Positions 1 through 12,092 of a DNA stretch of 64,000 nt are shown here, piece by piece. The notes beneath the pieces were generated by a model. The model was not told the origin of the DNA. It did not search any database and worked only from the letters and a program-made list of their open reading frames with translations. The position numbers and the translations under genes are program-made. Position 1 is the first letter of the stretch. Every line of letters starts with the position of its first letter. This stretch comes from the human T2T-CHM13v2.0 reference genome, Homo sapiens: the NCBI RefSeq assembly GCF_009914755.1, contig NC_060936.1; one strand, written 5' to 3'.

Positions 1-399
1 GTAATCAACCATCAAAGGCAAGGTGGACGAGCTTCCGTAATGGACAGCAGGGGCAAAGCAGCAATCAGAATAGTTTGACTCTTGTAGCACTCCGGCATTG
101 GCTAAGTAATCACCGTGATCCCATAAGTGAAATTGATAGAAAGCCTACTGCATTCCTACTTAATTTGTATAAGCAGAAAACTTTTAGGTCAAATGGACTA
201 AAGACTAATTTGAATTATAAAAACAGAGAAGGAAATCACAGCCTCTCAATTACTTTCCAGACTTGAGCCAGTTTACAGACCCAGAATCCCCTGAATAAAG
301 GGGATGCTGGGTCCCCTTGAGGAAGGACCCCACTACACTACTGACACTTTATGCTATTAATCTTTGTCCCATTCGTCTCCAAGGAGAACTCTAGCTTTT

Positions 400-770
400 A
401 ACAGGGCAACTGTGCACTGGGGAAAGGGAAATGATCAGATACCTCAGGGACTACTGAACACTGGCTCTGAGTTGACACTGATTCTTGGGGACCCAAAATG
501 TCATTGTGGATCTCCAGTTAAAGTAGAGTTTTATGGATGTCATGTAATTAATGGAGTTGTAGTTGAGGTCTGACTTGAAGTGGGACCAATGGGTCCCCAG
601 ATTCATCTTGTGGTCATTTCCCCAGTACCGGAATATGTAATTGGCATAGATATTCTTAGCAGCTGGCACAACCCTCACATTGGCTCCCTGACTGGTAGGG
701 TGAGGGCTATTATGGGAGGAAAGGCCAAATGGAAGCCATTAGAGCTGCCTCTACCTAGAAAAATTTTAAA
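400..770 (+). pseudogene. HERV-L aspartic protease remnant
   Basis: LLNTGSELT at 451-477 (catalytic D replaced by N, AAC at 457-459); IGIDIL downstream; in-frame TGA at 571-573. Confidence 0.85.
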
Positions 771-3250
771 TCAAAAACAATATGCATCCCAGCAGGGATT
801 GTGGAGACTAGTGTCATCATCAAGGACTTGAAAGATGCAGGAGTGCTAATCCCTACAAAATCCCTATTCAACTCTCCCATTTGGCCTGTACAGAAGACAA
901 ATGGATCTTGGAGAATGACAGTGGATTATTGTAAGCTTAACCAAGTGGTGACTCCAATTGCAGTTGCTGTACCAGATATGGTTTCATTGCTTGAGCAAAT
1001 TAACACATCTTCTTGTACCTCATATGCAGCCATTGACTTGGCAAATGCCTTTTTTTCTCCATTCCTGTTCATAAGGCCCACCAGAAGCAATTTGCCTTCA
1101 GCTGGCAAGGCCAGCAATATACATTTACTGTCCTAATTCAGGGGTGTATCAACTCTCCAGCTTTGTGTCATAATCTTATTCAGAGATACCTTGATTGCAT
1201 TTCACTTCTACAAAATATCACACTGGTGCATTACATTGATGACGTTATGCTGATAGAATCCGGTGAGGAAGAAGTAAAAAACAGACTGGACTTATTGGTG
1301 AGGTATTTGCATGCCAGAGGATGAACTATAAATCCTACTAAAATTCAGAGACCTTCTACCTCAGTAAAATTTCTAGGGATCCAGTGGTAAGGAGCCTTTT
1401 GAGATATTCCTTCTAAGGTGAAGGATAAGTGGCTACATTTGGCCCCTCCTATAACCAGGAAAGAGGCACAAGAAAGAGGCCTAGTGGACCTATTTGAATT
1501 TTGGAGGCTACACATTCCTCATTTGGGGGTGTTACTCCAGCCCATTTATCGAGTGACCTGAAAGACTGCCAGTTTTGAGTGGAGTCCAGAACAGGAGAAG
1601 GCTCTGTAAGAAGGTCAGGCAGCTGTGCAAGCCACTCTGCCACTTGGGTCATATGACTCAGCAGATCTAATGGAGCCTCTAGAATTTTGGAGCAAGTCCC
1701 TGCCATCTTCTGTATATGCCTCTCCTTTTGAGAGGCAGCTTTTGGCCTGTTACTGGGCTTTTGTGGAAGCTGAACATTTGAGTATGGGTTGTCTAGTCAC
1801 CATGAGACCTGAAATGCCTAACATGAACTGGGTGCTTTCTAACCCATGTAGCCATAAAGTGGATCATGCACAGCAGCATTCCATCATCTAATGGAAGTGA
1901 TATATATGTGATCAGGCTCAAGCAGTTCCTGAAGGCACAATTAAATTGCATGAGGAAGTGGCTCCAATGCCCATGGTCTCCATTTCTGGTACCCTACCTT
2001 CTCTTCCCCAGCCTGCACCAGTGGCCTCATGGGAAGTTTCCTATGATCAGTTGACAGAAGAAGAGAAGACTAGGGCCTGGTTCACAGATGACTCTGCACG
2101 ATATGAAGGCATCACCCAAAAGTGGACAGCTGCAACACTAGAGACCATTTCTAGGACATCCATGAAGGACAGCAGTGAAGGAAAATCTTCCCATTGGGCA
2201 GAACTTCAAGCAGTACACCTGTTTGTGTACTTTGCATGGAAAAAGGAATGATCAGATGTGTGATTATATATTGATTCATGGGCTGTAGCCAATAATTTGG
2301 CTGGATGGTCATGGACTTGGAAGAGGCATGATTGGAAATTTAGTGACAAAGGAATATGGTGAAGAGATATGTGGATGGACCTCTTTGATTGGTCAATAAC
2401 TGTGAAGATATTTGTATCCCATGTGAGTGTCTACCAATGGGTTACCACATAAAAAGAGAAGTTTAATAATCAATTGGATAGAATGACCCATTCCCCGTTC
2501 TGTGGACACTACTCAACCTCTTTCTCTGGCCACCCCTGTCATTGCCCAGTGGGCCCATGAACAAAGTGATCATGGTGGCAGGGATGGAGGCTATGCATGG
2601 CTCAGCAACATGGATTTCCACTCACTAAGGCTGTCCTGGCTACTGCCATTACTGAGTGCCCAATTTTCCAGCAGCAGAAGCCAACACTGAGCCCTTCATA
2701 TGGCACTATTACTCAGGGTGATCAACCAGCTACCTGGTGGGAGGCTGATTATACAGGACCTCTTCCATCATAAAAAAGGCAGACGGTTGTCCTCACTGGT
2801 ATAGACACTTACTCTGGATATAGGACTGCCTATTCTGCATGCAATGCTTCTTCCAAGACTACCATTCATGGGTTCACGGAACACCTTATCCACCATCATG
2901 GTATTCCAAACAGCATTGCCTCTGACCAAAGCACTCACTTTTCTGCTAAAGAAGTGTGGCAGAGGGCTCATGCTCATGGAATTCACTTGTCTTACCATGT
3001 TTCCCATTAATCTGAAGAAGATAAATTGATAGATCTGTGGACTAGCCTTTTGAAGTCACAATTACAATGCCAACTAGGTGACAATACATTGCAGGGCTGG
3101 GGCAAAGTTCTCCAGAAGGTCATGTATGCTCTGAATCAGCATCCAATATATAGTACTGTTTCTCCCATAGCCAGGATTTACAGGTTCAGGAATCAGGGGG
3201 TGGAAGTAGAAGTGGCACCACTCACCATCACCCATAATGATTCATCAGCA
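770..3250 (+). pseudogene. HERV-L pol remnant (RT-RNaseH-integrase), many stops and frameshifts
   Basis: YIDD at 1232-1243; integrase zinc finger HEQSDH...ECPIF (2nd Cys lost); WEADYTGP and SIASDQSTHF core motifs, split across several frames. Confidence 0.9.
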
Positions 3251-3279
3251 AAATTTTTGCTTCTTGTTTTCACGACATT

Positions 3280-3530
3280 ACATTCTGCTGGTTTAGAGGT
3301 CTTAGTTCCAGATGGAGGAATGAGGCCACCAGGAGAAACAACAATTCCATTAAACTGGAAGTTAAGTTTGCCACCTGGACACTTTGGGTGCCTCCTACCC
3401 TTAACTCAACAGGCTAAGAAGGGAGTTAGTGTTGGCTGTGGTGATTGACCTAGACTATCAAGATGAAATCAATCTGTACTCTACAAGAGAGTCAGGGAAG
3501 AGTATACATGGAATATAGGAGATCCATGAG
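3280..3530 (+). pseudogene. HERV-L dUTPase remnant downstream of integrase
   Basis: SAGLEVLVP...PPGETTIPLNWKLSLPPGHFG..KKGV. A dUTPase after IN is characteristic of ERV-L. Confidence 0.8.
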
Positions 3531-4078
3531 GGCATCTCTTAGTATTACCATGATGTGATTAAGGTCAATGGGAAACTACAACAGATCAATCTATATAGGA
3601 CTACAAATGGCCCAGACACTTCAGGAATCAACATTTGGATCACTCCACCAGGAAAATAACCACAACCTGCTGAGGTGTTTGCTGCAGGCAAAGGGAGTAC
3701 AGAATGGGAAGTAGAAGAAGGTAGTTATCAATACCAGCTAAGACCACATGTCAAACTGCAGAAATGAGGATTGTAATTGTTATGGGTATTTTCTCCTTAT
3801 TTTATTAAAAACATGTTTGTGCTTGTACTAAGAAAATATCTTCATTTTATTTCCCTTATCCTTTATCATGTGACATAGGATTTGTTGACTTCACATGAGG
3901 ATGTAAGTATTGTTAACTTTATGTAACAGTAATTGGGTTGGTGATTGGTGTATTTCCAGTTGAATGAAAAATAGTAGTATTATGTTAGGCATAATTATGA
4001 TTTTATTATTGTTTTTATTTGAAGATTATGTATGATCTCAGGAGATGTATATGGGTTCAAGTTGACAAGGAGTGGACT

Positions 4079-4509
4079 TATGATGGTTAATACTGAGTGT
4101 CAACTTGATTGGATTGAAGAATGCAAAGTATTGATCCCCTGGGTGTGTCTATGAGGGTGTTGCCAAAGAGATAACATTTGAATCAGTGGACTGGGGAAGG
4201 CAGACCTACTCTTAAACTGACTAGGCACTATCTAATCAGCTGCAAGAGTGACTAGTATATAAAGCAGGCAGAAAAACCTGAAAAGACTAGACTGGCCTAG
4301 CCTCCCAGCCTACATCTTTCTCCCATGCTGGACCCTTCCTGCTCTCGAACATTGGACTCCAAGTTCTTCAAGTTTTGGGGCTGGAACTGGCTTTCCTTGC
4401 TCCTCAGGTTGCAGTTGGCCTATTGTGGGACCTTGTGCCTTAATACTTACTAAACTCCTGTTTATATATTCTATTAGTTCTTTCCCTCTAGAGAACCCTA
4501 ACTAATATA
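4079..4509 (+). mobile_element. MLT2A (MLT2A2-like) 3' LTR of the HERV-L provirus
   Basis: Starts TATGATGGTTAATACTGAGTGTCAACTTGATTGGATTG, ends CTAGAGAACCCTAACTAATATA; directly follows the internal region. Confidence 0.92.
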
Positions 4510-4661
4510 TATAGCAATCAAAATATGTGCATAGAAATTTCAAACAAATTTGAAAAAAAAATGGTTCTAGAAATAAAATGTCACTTTGAACATGAAAGGT
4601 CAGCAAACAGATGAAATGCAAACAGATACAGCGAAATATAGAAATAAAAATCTAGAAGAGT

Positions 4662-4790
4662 GTTGGGCATGGTGGCTCATGACTGTAATTCCCAGCACTT
4701 TGGGAGTCAAGGTGGGAGAATCACTTGAAGCCATGTGTTTGAAACCAGCCTGTGCCACATGGTGAGATCTTGTCTCTACAAAAATAATTA
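4662..4790 (+). mobile_element. Alu left monomer (FLAM/AluJ-type)
   Basis: GGGCATGGTGGCTCATGACTGTAATTCCCAGCACTTTGGGAG...GTCTCTACAAAAATAA, monomer length. Confidence 0.85.
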
Positions 4791-5279
4791 TTTTTTTAAA
4801 AAGAACTAGAAAATACATTTAAAGAGTAAAATCAGTAGAGATTAATAAACAGCTAGAAACTACAATGAAGTAAAAAGATTAAAAAATGGTGAAAACTGAT
4901 AAGATTCCAAGAAAAATAAAAAGATAAGAAAGCTAAAATTTTAAGTGGTAATTGCTGAAAGACTTAGCTGAAGAAATTTTGAATACAGTGATACAGAAAG
5001 AAAAAATATATTAAAAGTTAAACAAAACAACAAAGAGATCATGATTCCGTGTGTCAAGGAAACATGGCCTTTGCTCTGCTTTACTCTAAATTACTCCCTA
5101 TCAGGAAAAAGTGATTGATTTTTAGTAAATATTGTATCATAAATTAAAAATTACAAGATGACAGAGTTATAAAACCATATTGGCTAGTGTTAGTATGTTA
5201 ATTATAAGTACAGCCATTTCATATTAAATAATAGAGATAATTTAATTTCATTCAAGTTTAGACAGTTATATCCCACAGG

Positions 5280-5660
5280 GAAGTCTGGCTTCTTTTGAAG
5301 TAATAAACAACTCCCAAATATCAGTGACTGCAAGAATTATGAAGAAGTATGATTTTCTTTGATTGTCTGTGCTCAGTGTTTCTTTGTGTTAATTGTGGGT
5401 TCTTCCTGTTGTTATTATCATCCTCACTATGGGAACCAGGCTGGTATGGCCATTATCTGGGCCATTGCCAGTAACCACAATGGAGGGAAAAGAGTGTGAG
5501 ATATTCACTCACTCTTAGAGCTCCCACTTAGAAGGGACACACTTCCCTTCCACACATATTTCTTTAACCAAAACAAGGTTACTGCTAAATTCAAGTGTAG
5601 GAGAAATTCAATATAATCAAGGTTTTTTGGAAGGAGAAATAGCAGAACTATTTGTGACCT
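5280..5660 (-). mobile_element. Old MaLR LTR fragment (MLT1J/K-like)
   Basis: AGTAATAAACAACTCCCAAATATCAGTGAC resembles the reverse complement of an MLT1 3' end; highly diverged. Confidence 0.4.
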
Positions 5661-6879
5661 GTTTACGGTATACCCTAATATACTAATTTGGCTTATGGAA
5701 GAACTGGAAATTTGAAGCAATTTAATTATAACCATAAAAACAATAAAACAAATTTTAAAAACTTTCTATTTATTTCTCTCTCCTTTGTCACCCCCTGTCT
5801 TTCTATGTCACTCCTACTTTTTGTAATTATGTGTTGGGAATTGATTTACCAGCCAATCTGTATCTAGACGTCAAGCCCCCATTACAACAGGGGAGTTGAA
5901 GAAAGCACTTACATAAATACCACCCACTTGCTATGTCCCTAGATAGATGTAGTTTATTTAATTATTAAAGTGGAATAAAATAAAACTATATAATCAGTAT
6001 TAAATAAATTGCAAAGGAAAAAGAAAGTTATAGAACAGACTTTGTACAAAGCTAAGTAAATGAAGAAATGATAATTTAGACCCATAAGTTAGGCTGGAAA
6101 AACTCAATTCTTAAAATGTTGAGAGTGACTTTGAATCCATCCCAACATAAATACAGCTTCAGGGGAATTGTCTAAAGAGGATGAGAGTGATGTATTCTTG
6201 TTTTCCTGTCCTAATCAGGGGAGAAATGCACAGCCAGAAAAAATATTGTTAACCCAAACATTAAATGTCAGTACTAAATATAGCATGCCTGATATAAAAT
6301 GCAAAAAATAGAAGAAATTGTCAGTATTTGTGCACCGTGAGCTTAACTCTAATCTGTCAATTTGTGTTCTCAATTTATAATTTCTGCATATATTTAATCA
6401 TTGTCAGTCTTTTTTAATATAATAAGAATATATTAGAAGTAATTACAATGCAGAGTAATTGTCTGAGAAAAATAGCCATATGTAACTGGAATTTTGGCTT
6501 TTTAAAACAATATTTTACGGTTAAATAATAGTTATTTTCTATGAAAGACTTTAGTCAGGACAGAAAACAAATTAATCACTGAATTTTTAAAAATTCATGT
6601 AAAGCTATTGTTTGTTTTGTTTTCTAAAATAGGCTCAATTTTATGAAATAATACACATACACATTTATTTAAATGCACCCTTCAATTCAATGAATGACAC
6701 AGAATAAGTCATACTTTTTTCTGCTTGTTTGGCATTAGTAAAGGTTATAAACATAAATTAATATTTAGGTGTATCTAGTGATAATAAGGAGGTGTTATAA
6801 TCGTCAGAGCATCAAATCTCTAAAAATAAGACATCTGATACAACCAATCTAAATTTGAAATTCCTAAAAATCAAGTGTG

Positions 6880-7070
6880 TTTCCTCTTTGCTTTCCCCAC
6901 TGAATTTATAATAATAGCAGTTTCACTTGGCATGGAGTATGCTTCAAGATTAGTGATCAGAGTTAACTGCCCTTAGATTATTTTAGGCATCAGGATATGT
7001 ATGACTATAAATATTTTCTGATTCTCATTCTCGAAGGATTTTAATAAATATTTATGGAATGAATGAAGTA
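6880..7070 (+). mobile_element. L2 3' end fragment
   Basis: Ends AATAAATATTTATGGAATGAATGAA, the L2 tail. Confidence 0.55.
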
Positions 7071-7594
7071 GTTATTTCAAGAAAGTAAATAAATTCCCCA
7101 GACATTGGGAATTTGCTATTGTTTATTAGTCAGGACACATTTACTATCAAATCAGTCCAAGTCATATTGCGATAGCTGAGTAAAGGTGAGAATTATTGGG
7201 AAGTATTGGAATATTTCATGAAAGCTGGGAAGGAAATGAAACACTGCCATGCATCATTCCTCCATCTCATCCTTTTTATTCTTTACCTCTGAACTGCTTA
7301 TTTTCTTCTTTCTTTCCACCAATGGTCATCAATAGCTTCTATAACTCATGTTTCAAATTAACTACCAACAGAAAAGGACTCCTCTGCTCTTTGTTATAGA
7401 TTGGAAAATCAAAGAAAGGTTTATGATTGACTTAATTTGATTAGAGTTACGAGCTCTGAATCATAATCACAGTCATGGATGCGTGGCTAATGTGATTAGC
7501 TCAGTTTGGGTCACATAAGGATGCATGTTTAAGAAGCAACGGTGCTCTTAGCACTGAAATAGCCACTTGGTGTCCAATAACATTTAATGGAACC

Positions 7595-8006
7595 TGATAT
7601 AGTCTGGCTCTGTGTCCACACCCAAATCTTATGCTGAATTGTGATACTGAGTGTTGGAGGTAAGGCCTGTTGAGAGGTAATTGGATTATGGGGGCAGTTT
7701 CTAATGGTTTAGCACTAGTGCTGTCTCATCATAGAGTTCTCAAGAGATCTGGTACTTTGAAAATGTGTAGCACTTCCCCCTGTATTTTCTCTCTCTCTAT
7801 CTCTCTCTCTCTCTTTCCTGCTGCCATGTGAAGATGTGCTTGTTTCCCCTTCACCCTTCTGATGCCATGATTGTAAGTTTCCTGAGGCCTTCCAAGCCAT
7901 GCTTCTTGTACAGCCTGTTGAAATGTGAGTCAATTAAACCCTTTTTCTTTATAAATTACCCAGTCTCAGGTAGCTTTGTATATCAGTGTGAAAATGGACT
8001 AACACA
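7595..8006 (+). mobile_element. MSTA-type MaLR solo LTR
   Basis: TGATATAGTCTGGCTCTGTGTCC...CCCAGTCTCAGGTAG...GGACTAACACA; perfect 5-bp TSD GAACC (7590-7594 and 8007-8011). Confidence 0.92.
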
Positions 8007-9534
8007 GAACCAATCTCAGAGAAAGAGAAATCACTCTGAATAAGGTTCTAGTAAAAGTTTCTCATCCTTTGATTAGGCAATTCCACATTTGCTCCATCTT
8101 CAAACATTTCTTGATACTGGGAATAAAAAATGGTGAACTATTGTTTTGAGAAAAATGAATACATCTCTTCAACACACATTTTAGAGCATAAATTGTAAAT
8201 TAGTTTCTGTTTTTTACCCATCTGATATAGATGAGTTAGCAAAATCTCAACAAGATCTTACACTAAGGTTCTCTCATTCATGGTTTGTACTCAAGTAAGC
8301 CACTTGAGTTAGGATAAAGTGTCATTTTATATAATAAATGTGCCCAATTTCAAGCAAAAGTAATACAAAAATTGCTTACCTCTTTCAGAAATTTTTTCTA
8401 ATTTTCTAAGACAAAATATAAACAAGAAATGTGATGAAAGATATTAGAAAAAAAGGCCTAGAGAAAATAAGAGAATAATGGTGGGGTTTTCTTCTTTGTA
8501 AAAATTCATTACTGAGAGGAAGAGTTATGGAATCCTGAAAAAATATTTTTGGTTTTTTTCCCACTTATGTGATGCATGCCATGAAATCCTCAGTGAATAA
8601 TGTGTACCGGAAGATCTAAATATTTTAACTGTGTAAAATTAAGTGTGAAATAATAAATGTGAAAGAACCTCCAATTTGAATGTATTCCCTATGTGCTTGT
8701 CCAAAAATCTGCTTTGGTTTGTAGTGGTTATCACAAGAATTAGGAAACATGAAACTTGCCATTTAAGAAAAAAAAAACAAAGGAAACTATTCTTTCAATA
8801 GAGAAGTAAGCCTAGGTCTGCAAATAATTATTGTAAGAAATATATCTGCTGGTGATACACATATTTCAAGATATCATTCAACTTTTTTTCCTTGAGGTAT
8901 GCTTAAAATTACACAATGTAGTTGTTGTTTCTAGAGTTAGAAAAAAGAGGTTGGTCTAGCTTTCTTTATCCCAACTGTTGCAGTTCTGAAAGAAAATGCC
9001 TAATCCATTAGCCAATGAACACAAGTACAAATTTCTGTAACACCAACACAATATCAAAGTATTTTAAAGGTTTAGTTACCAGTTAACTGCATAATCGTGT
9101 TGGTGCTTCAAAGATGGAGTGTAGGCTAATGTAAACTGGATTTTAAAAAAATACTCCTTTATTTTGTATCACTAAATAAATTCAGACATAGAAGTATCTG
9201 CTGATATTAATCATAGAACATAAAATAAAACTTTTTATTTCTGCATTTTATAATCACAGGATTTGGTGGAGACCATTGATTTCTTTGGAAATGGCATTTT
9301 CATTTTAATTTGGAATTTTTAACACAATGTTTCTTAATGTTATGTTGTTTCATGTCCCAAAACTGACTAGTATTTGAAAAGCTTTAATTTATAGAACTTA
9401 TGCTATAAAATATATTTTAATTTATTAGATATAAATTAATTTTATAATGTTTGGTGTCAGTTTTCAAAGACGAATGCCTCACCTTTCCACTCTTAGAAAA
9501 TTTTATTTATTCTTAGAAGAGGTCATGACTCATG

Positions 9535-9760
9535 GGAAAAAGAACATGGACTTAGATATCTAGGTAAATAAGCGTCTACTTTTAGCTTTACAGTTTACCA
9601 ATGCTATGATAGTTTACTTGCCATAACCCTGATAACATTTTTTCCTGTTAAATGAGAATGGCAACTATCCTCCAAATTTGCTGTGAAAATCACCTGATCA
9701 CAGTAGTGTACTTGAAAGTACCAAAGACAGTAACTGGCATATAAGTCACTCAATAATAAC
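9535..9760 (+). mobile_element. MIR
   Basis: GAAAAAGAACATGGAC...TTTTCCTGTTAAATGAGAATG...TGGCATATAAGTCACTCAATAA layout. Confidence 0.65.
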
Positions 9761-9959
9761 CACTCAATATTTTTGAATATTGTTAAAATGATATCCCATA
9801 GTTATTCAATAAATATTACTATATACATTGTCAGCAATTATTTTGACAAGAAAAATCAAGTATTAAAATTGAATTATTCATTCAGTGTAAATTTGCAAGT
9901 TTTTAAGAATGTTTGCTTTTTCAGACATTCACTATACTTGAGTAAGCTATTATAAAATA

Positions 9960-10280
9960 TAATATACCCTCAACACTGGATATGTAGACATAGTAAAAGA
10001 AACCATCCAAAATGAAACATAGACAGAAAGGATTAAAAAAATGAATAAAAGCAGAGCACCAGAAAGTGATGACAATTTCAAATAACAAACAGCCTAATAT
10101 ATGCAACATATGTAATTGTAGTACTCAAAAGAAATGAGTGAGCATAAAGAATATTTGAAGAAATGCTGGCCAAAAGTTCTCAAAATTTGATGAAAATATA
10201 AACTGACAAGTTCAAGAATCTCAATGACTCACAACTTAAAAATACAGTGTAAAGTTAGAAGGAAGAATAAATCCTAAACA
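9960..10280 (+). mobile_element. Old L1M ORF1-region fragment
   Basis: A-rich; ATATTTGAAGAAATGCTGGCCAAAAGTTCTCAAAATTTGATGAAA is typical of L1M ORF1. Confidence 0.6.
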
Positions 10281-11939
10281 AATTTGCTTATCTTAGTATT
10301 TTTTTAAATGAAGAGGTGCATTTGAGGCAACGTCTCACATGGAGTTAACAGTTGTCAGTGTGTCAACAATACTTTAAGTAATTAGTTCGTATTTTCTAAT
10401 TTTGAAGAAAATGAAGATAATCATTTTGCTGACCAATTATTTGGTTTTGAGATTGCAAACTTTAGCACATAACCCATATTAACAATTTAATGTTTCTATA
10501 ATGCCATATTGATCTTTGATATTGCTTTATCGGAAGATGAAATTTAAACTTTCTCTCTCTCTCTCTGGTAACCAACAACTAAAGAACAACAAATTTCCCT
10601 GCTATTAATTTAAATGTTCCAGGAGAGTTTTTTTCAAGGCATGAAAGACTGTTGCTTCCCAAACTGGAGATGCAACGACAGAAGTGAGGTTAATCAGCAA
10701 AACTAGGTCTGTAATTCTTAAAAAACAAGACGACATCCACTTAGCTGAAAAGAACTGTCTCTCTATAGCTGTGACCCTCTGCCTCTGCCAGAGGAAGATT
10801 CTTCTGAGATTTTCCTAGATAAAACCATTAAGGCTATGTAAGTTTATGAAATTGTAAACCAAGTTCTATTTACATGTACTCTAAAAGTAGAAATGCAGGA
10901 TATCTGTAGAGTTAACTAAATTAAGAGACAACAGGGTTGAATTTTTTCCCCATTTGCTCATTAATGTAGAGTAACACTTACGATGCCTCATTCAAAATTC
11001 TGTCTTAGTTGTAATTCTATGAAGGTGAAAGAGATGGGAAGACAAAAATAGAGAATATTTATTAGGTTCAAATATGCTTTTATAAACCTCAAGAGGACAT
11101 CACTAAATATATAGTTAAATCACTTTATTTAGGAGTGTGAGCGAAATAAAGCATTTCCTTCATCAAGCAAACTATATAAGAAGAATTACTTTCCAGTTCA
11201 TTACTTTTATTCTTAAGTTACATAGCAGATCCTCAATTATTATACAAAGCTCTGTGTGGCCAGTATTTTTTTAATATGTGTCAAAAGTCCCAGAATATTG
11301 AGCATTATAAGGATTATAAATTCTACATAAACCTGTGCTGTATTTGGGAAGTGATCTGGTGAGGGTAAGGTATCAGAGTCCAGGATTCCCTAGATTTTGC
11401 TTTGTTCTTAGAGTAATGAGACTTGTGGAAGGGAGGTAAGGCTCGAGCATCCCCATAGAGGGTCTACCTTACAGTCATTTAATTCTTAGAGTCAAACCGC
11501 TTCGTAAACTGCTGTTTATTATAGCTCTTCAAGTTTCCGTGTGGAATAATTTACTAGAATAACAGTTCAAAGCTCCTTTCCCACCAGGTATCCATTTCTC
11601 TCTGTGGGCAGAGGAGTGAGTGATATTTCTGATTTCAGATTTAACAAAAAGGAGCTGGACATGCTTAGCTTAGCCCTTTGCTTTTTTAGATTCAGGGGTC
11701 TCTTCATGATATAAATTTTGCAGGGGTAACCTCAACAGAGGGAGTTTGTAGTTTTCCAGCTATGTGTGTACCTGGGTGGGTAAGTGTAATTCTTTGATGC
11801 AGTGTTAGCAAGCTATGTCTTCCAACCTAGTGGTTGTCATAAAGATGATATATTTATCTCCATCTGTCTGACTCCTGCATCTAGGCCACACTTTCTCCTG
11901 TTACACTCTTTGTATATATTCATGATGGCTCTTGTTTCA

Positions 11940-12092
11940 TTCTATTGCATTTTTAATTTATCCGTCTCTTTCACTTAAGTTATCAGTTCCATTGTAGGTA
12001 GGGGATGTCAATTCTATCGCCCCATTTTTATTGCTTAAAAGGTTTACATATAAGAAACAGGGAATAAATATTTGTGGAGTCAATGGATGAAA
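11940..12092 (+). mobile_element. L2 3' end fragment
   Basis: Ends AATAAATATTTGTGGAGTCAATGGATGAA. Confidence 0.5.

Larger units (their letters stand above)
1..4078 (+). mobile_element. HERV-L (ERVL) internal region, decayed; 5' part lies outside the window
   Basis: Collinear fragments: gag tail, protease [40 protein letters not shown], RNaseH-like WFTDDSA and AELQAV, integrase, dUTPase IPLNWKLSLPPGHFG. No env. Followed by AAGGAGTGGAC and an MLT2A LTR. Confidence 0.95.

Noticed and set aside
75-3448. Cluster of ORFs with protease, RT, integrase and dUTPase motifs as a novel RT-based system or functional genes
   Set aside because: These are frameshifted, stop-riddled pieces of a known HERV-L provirus with a mutated protease catalytic residue.
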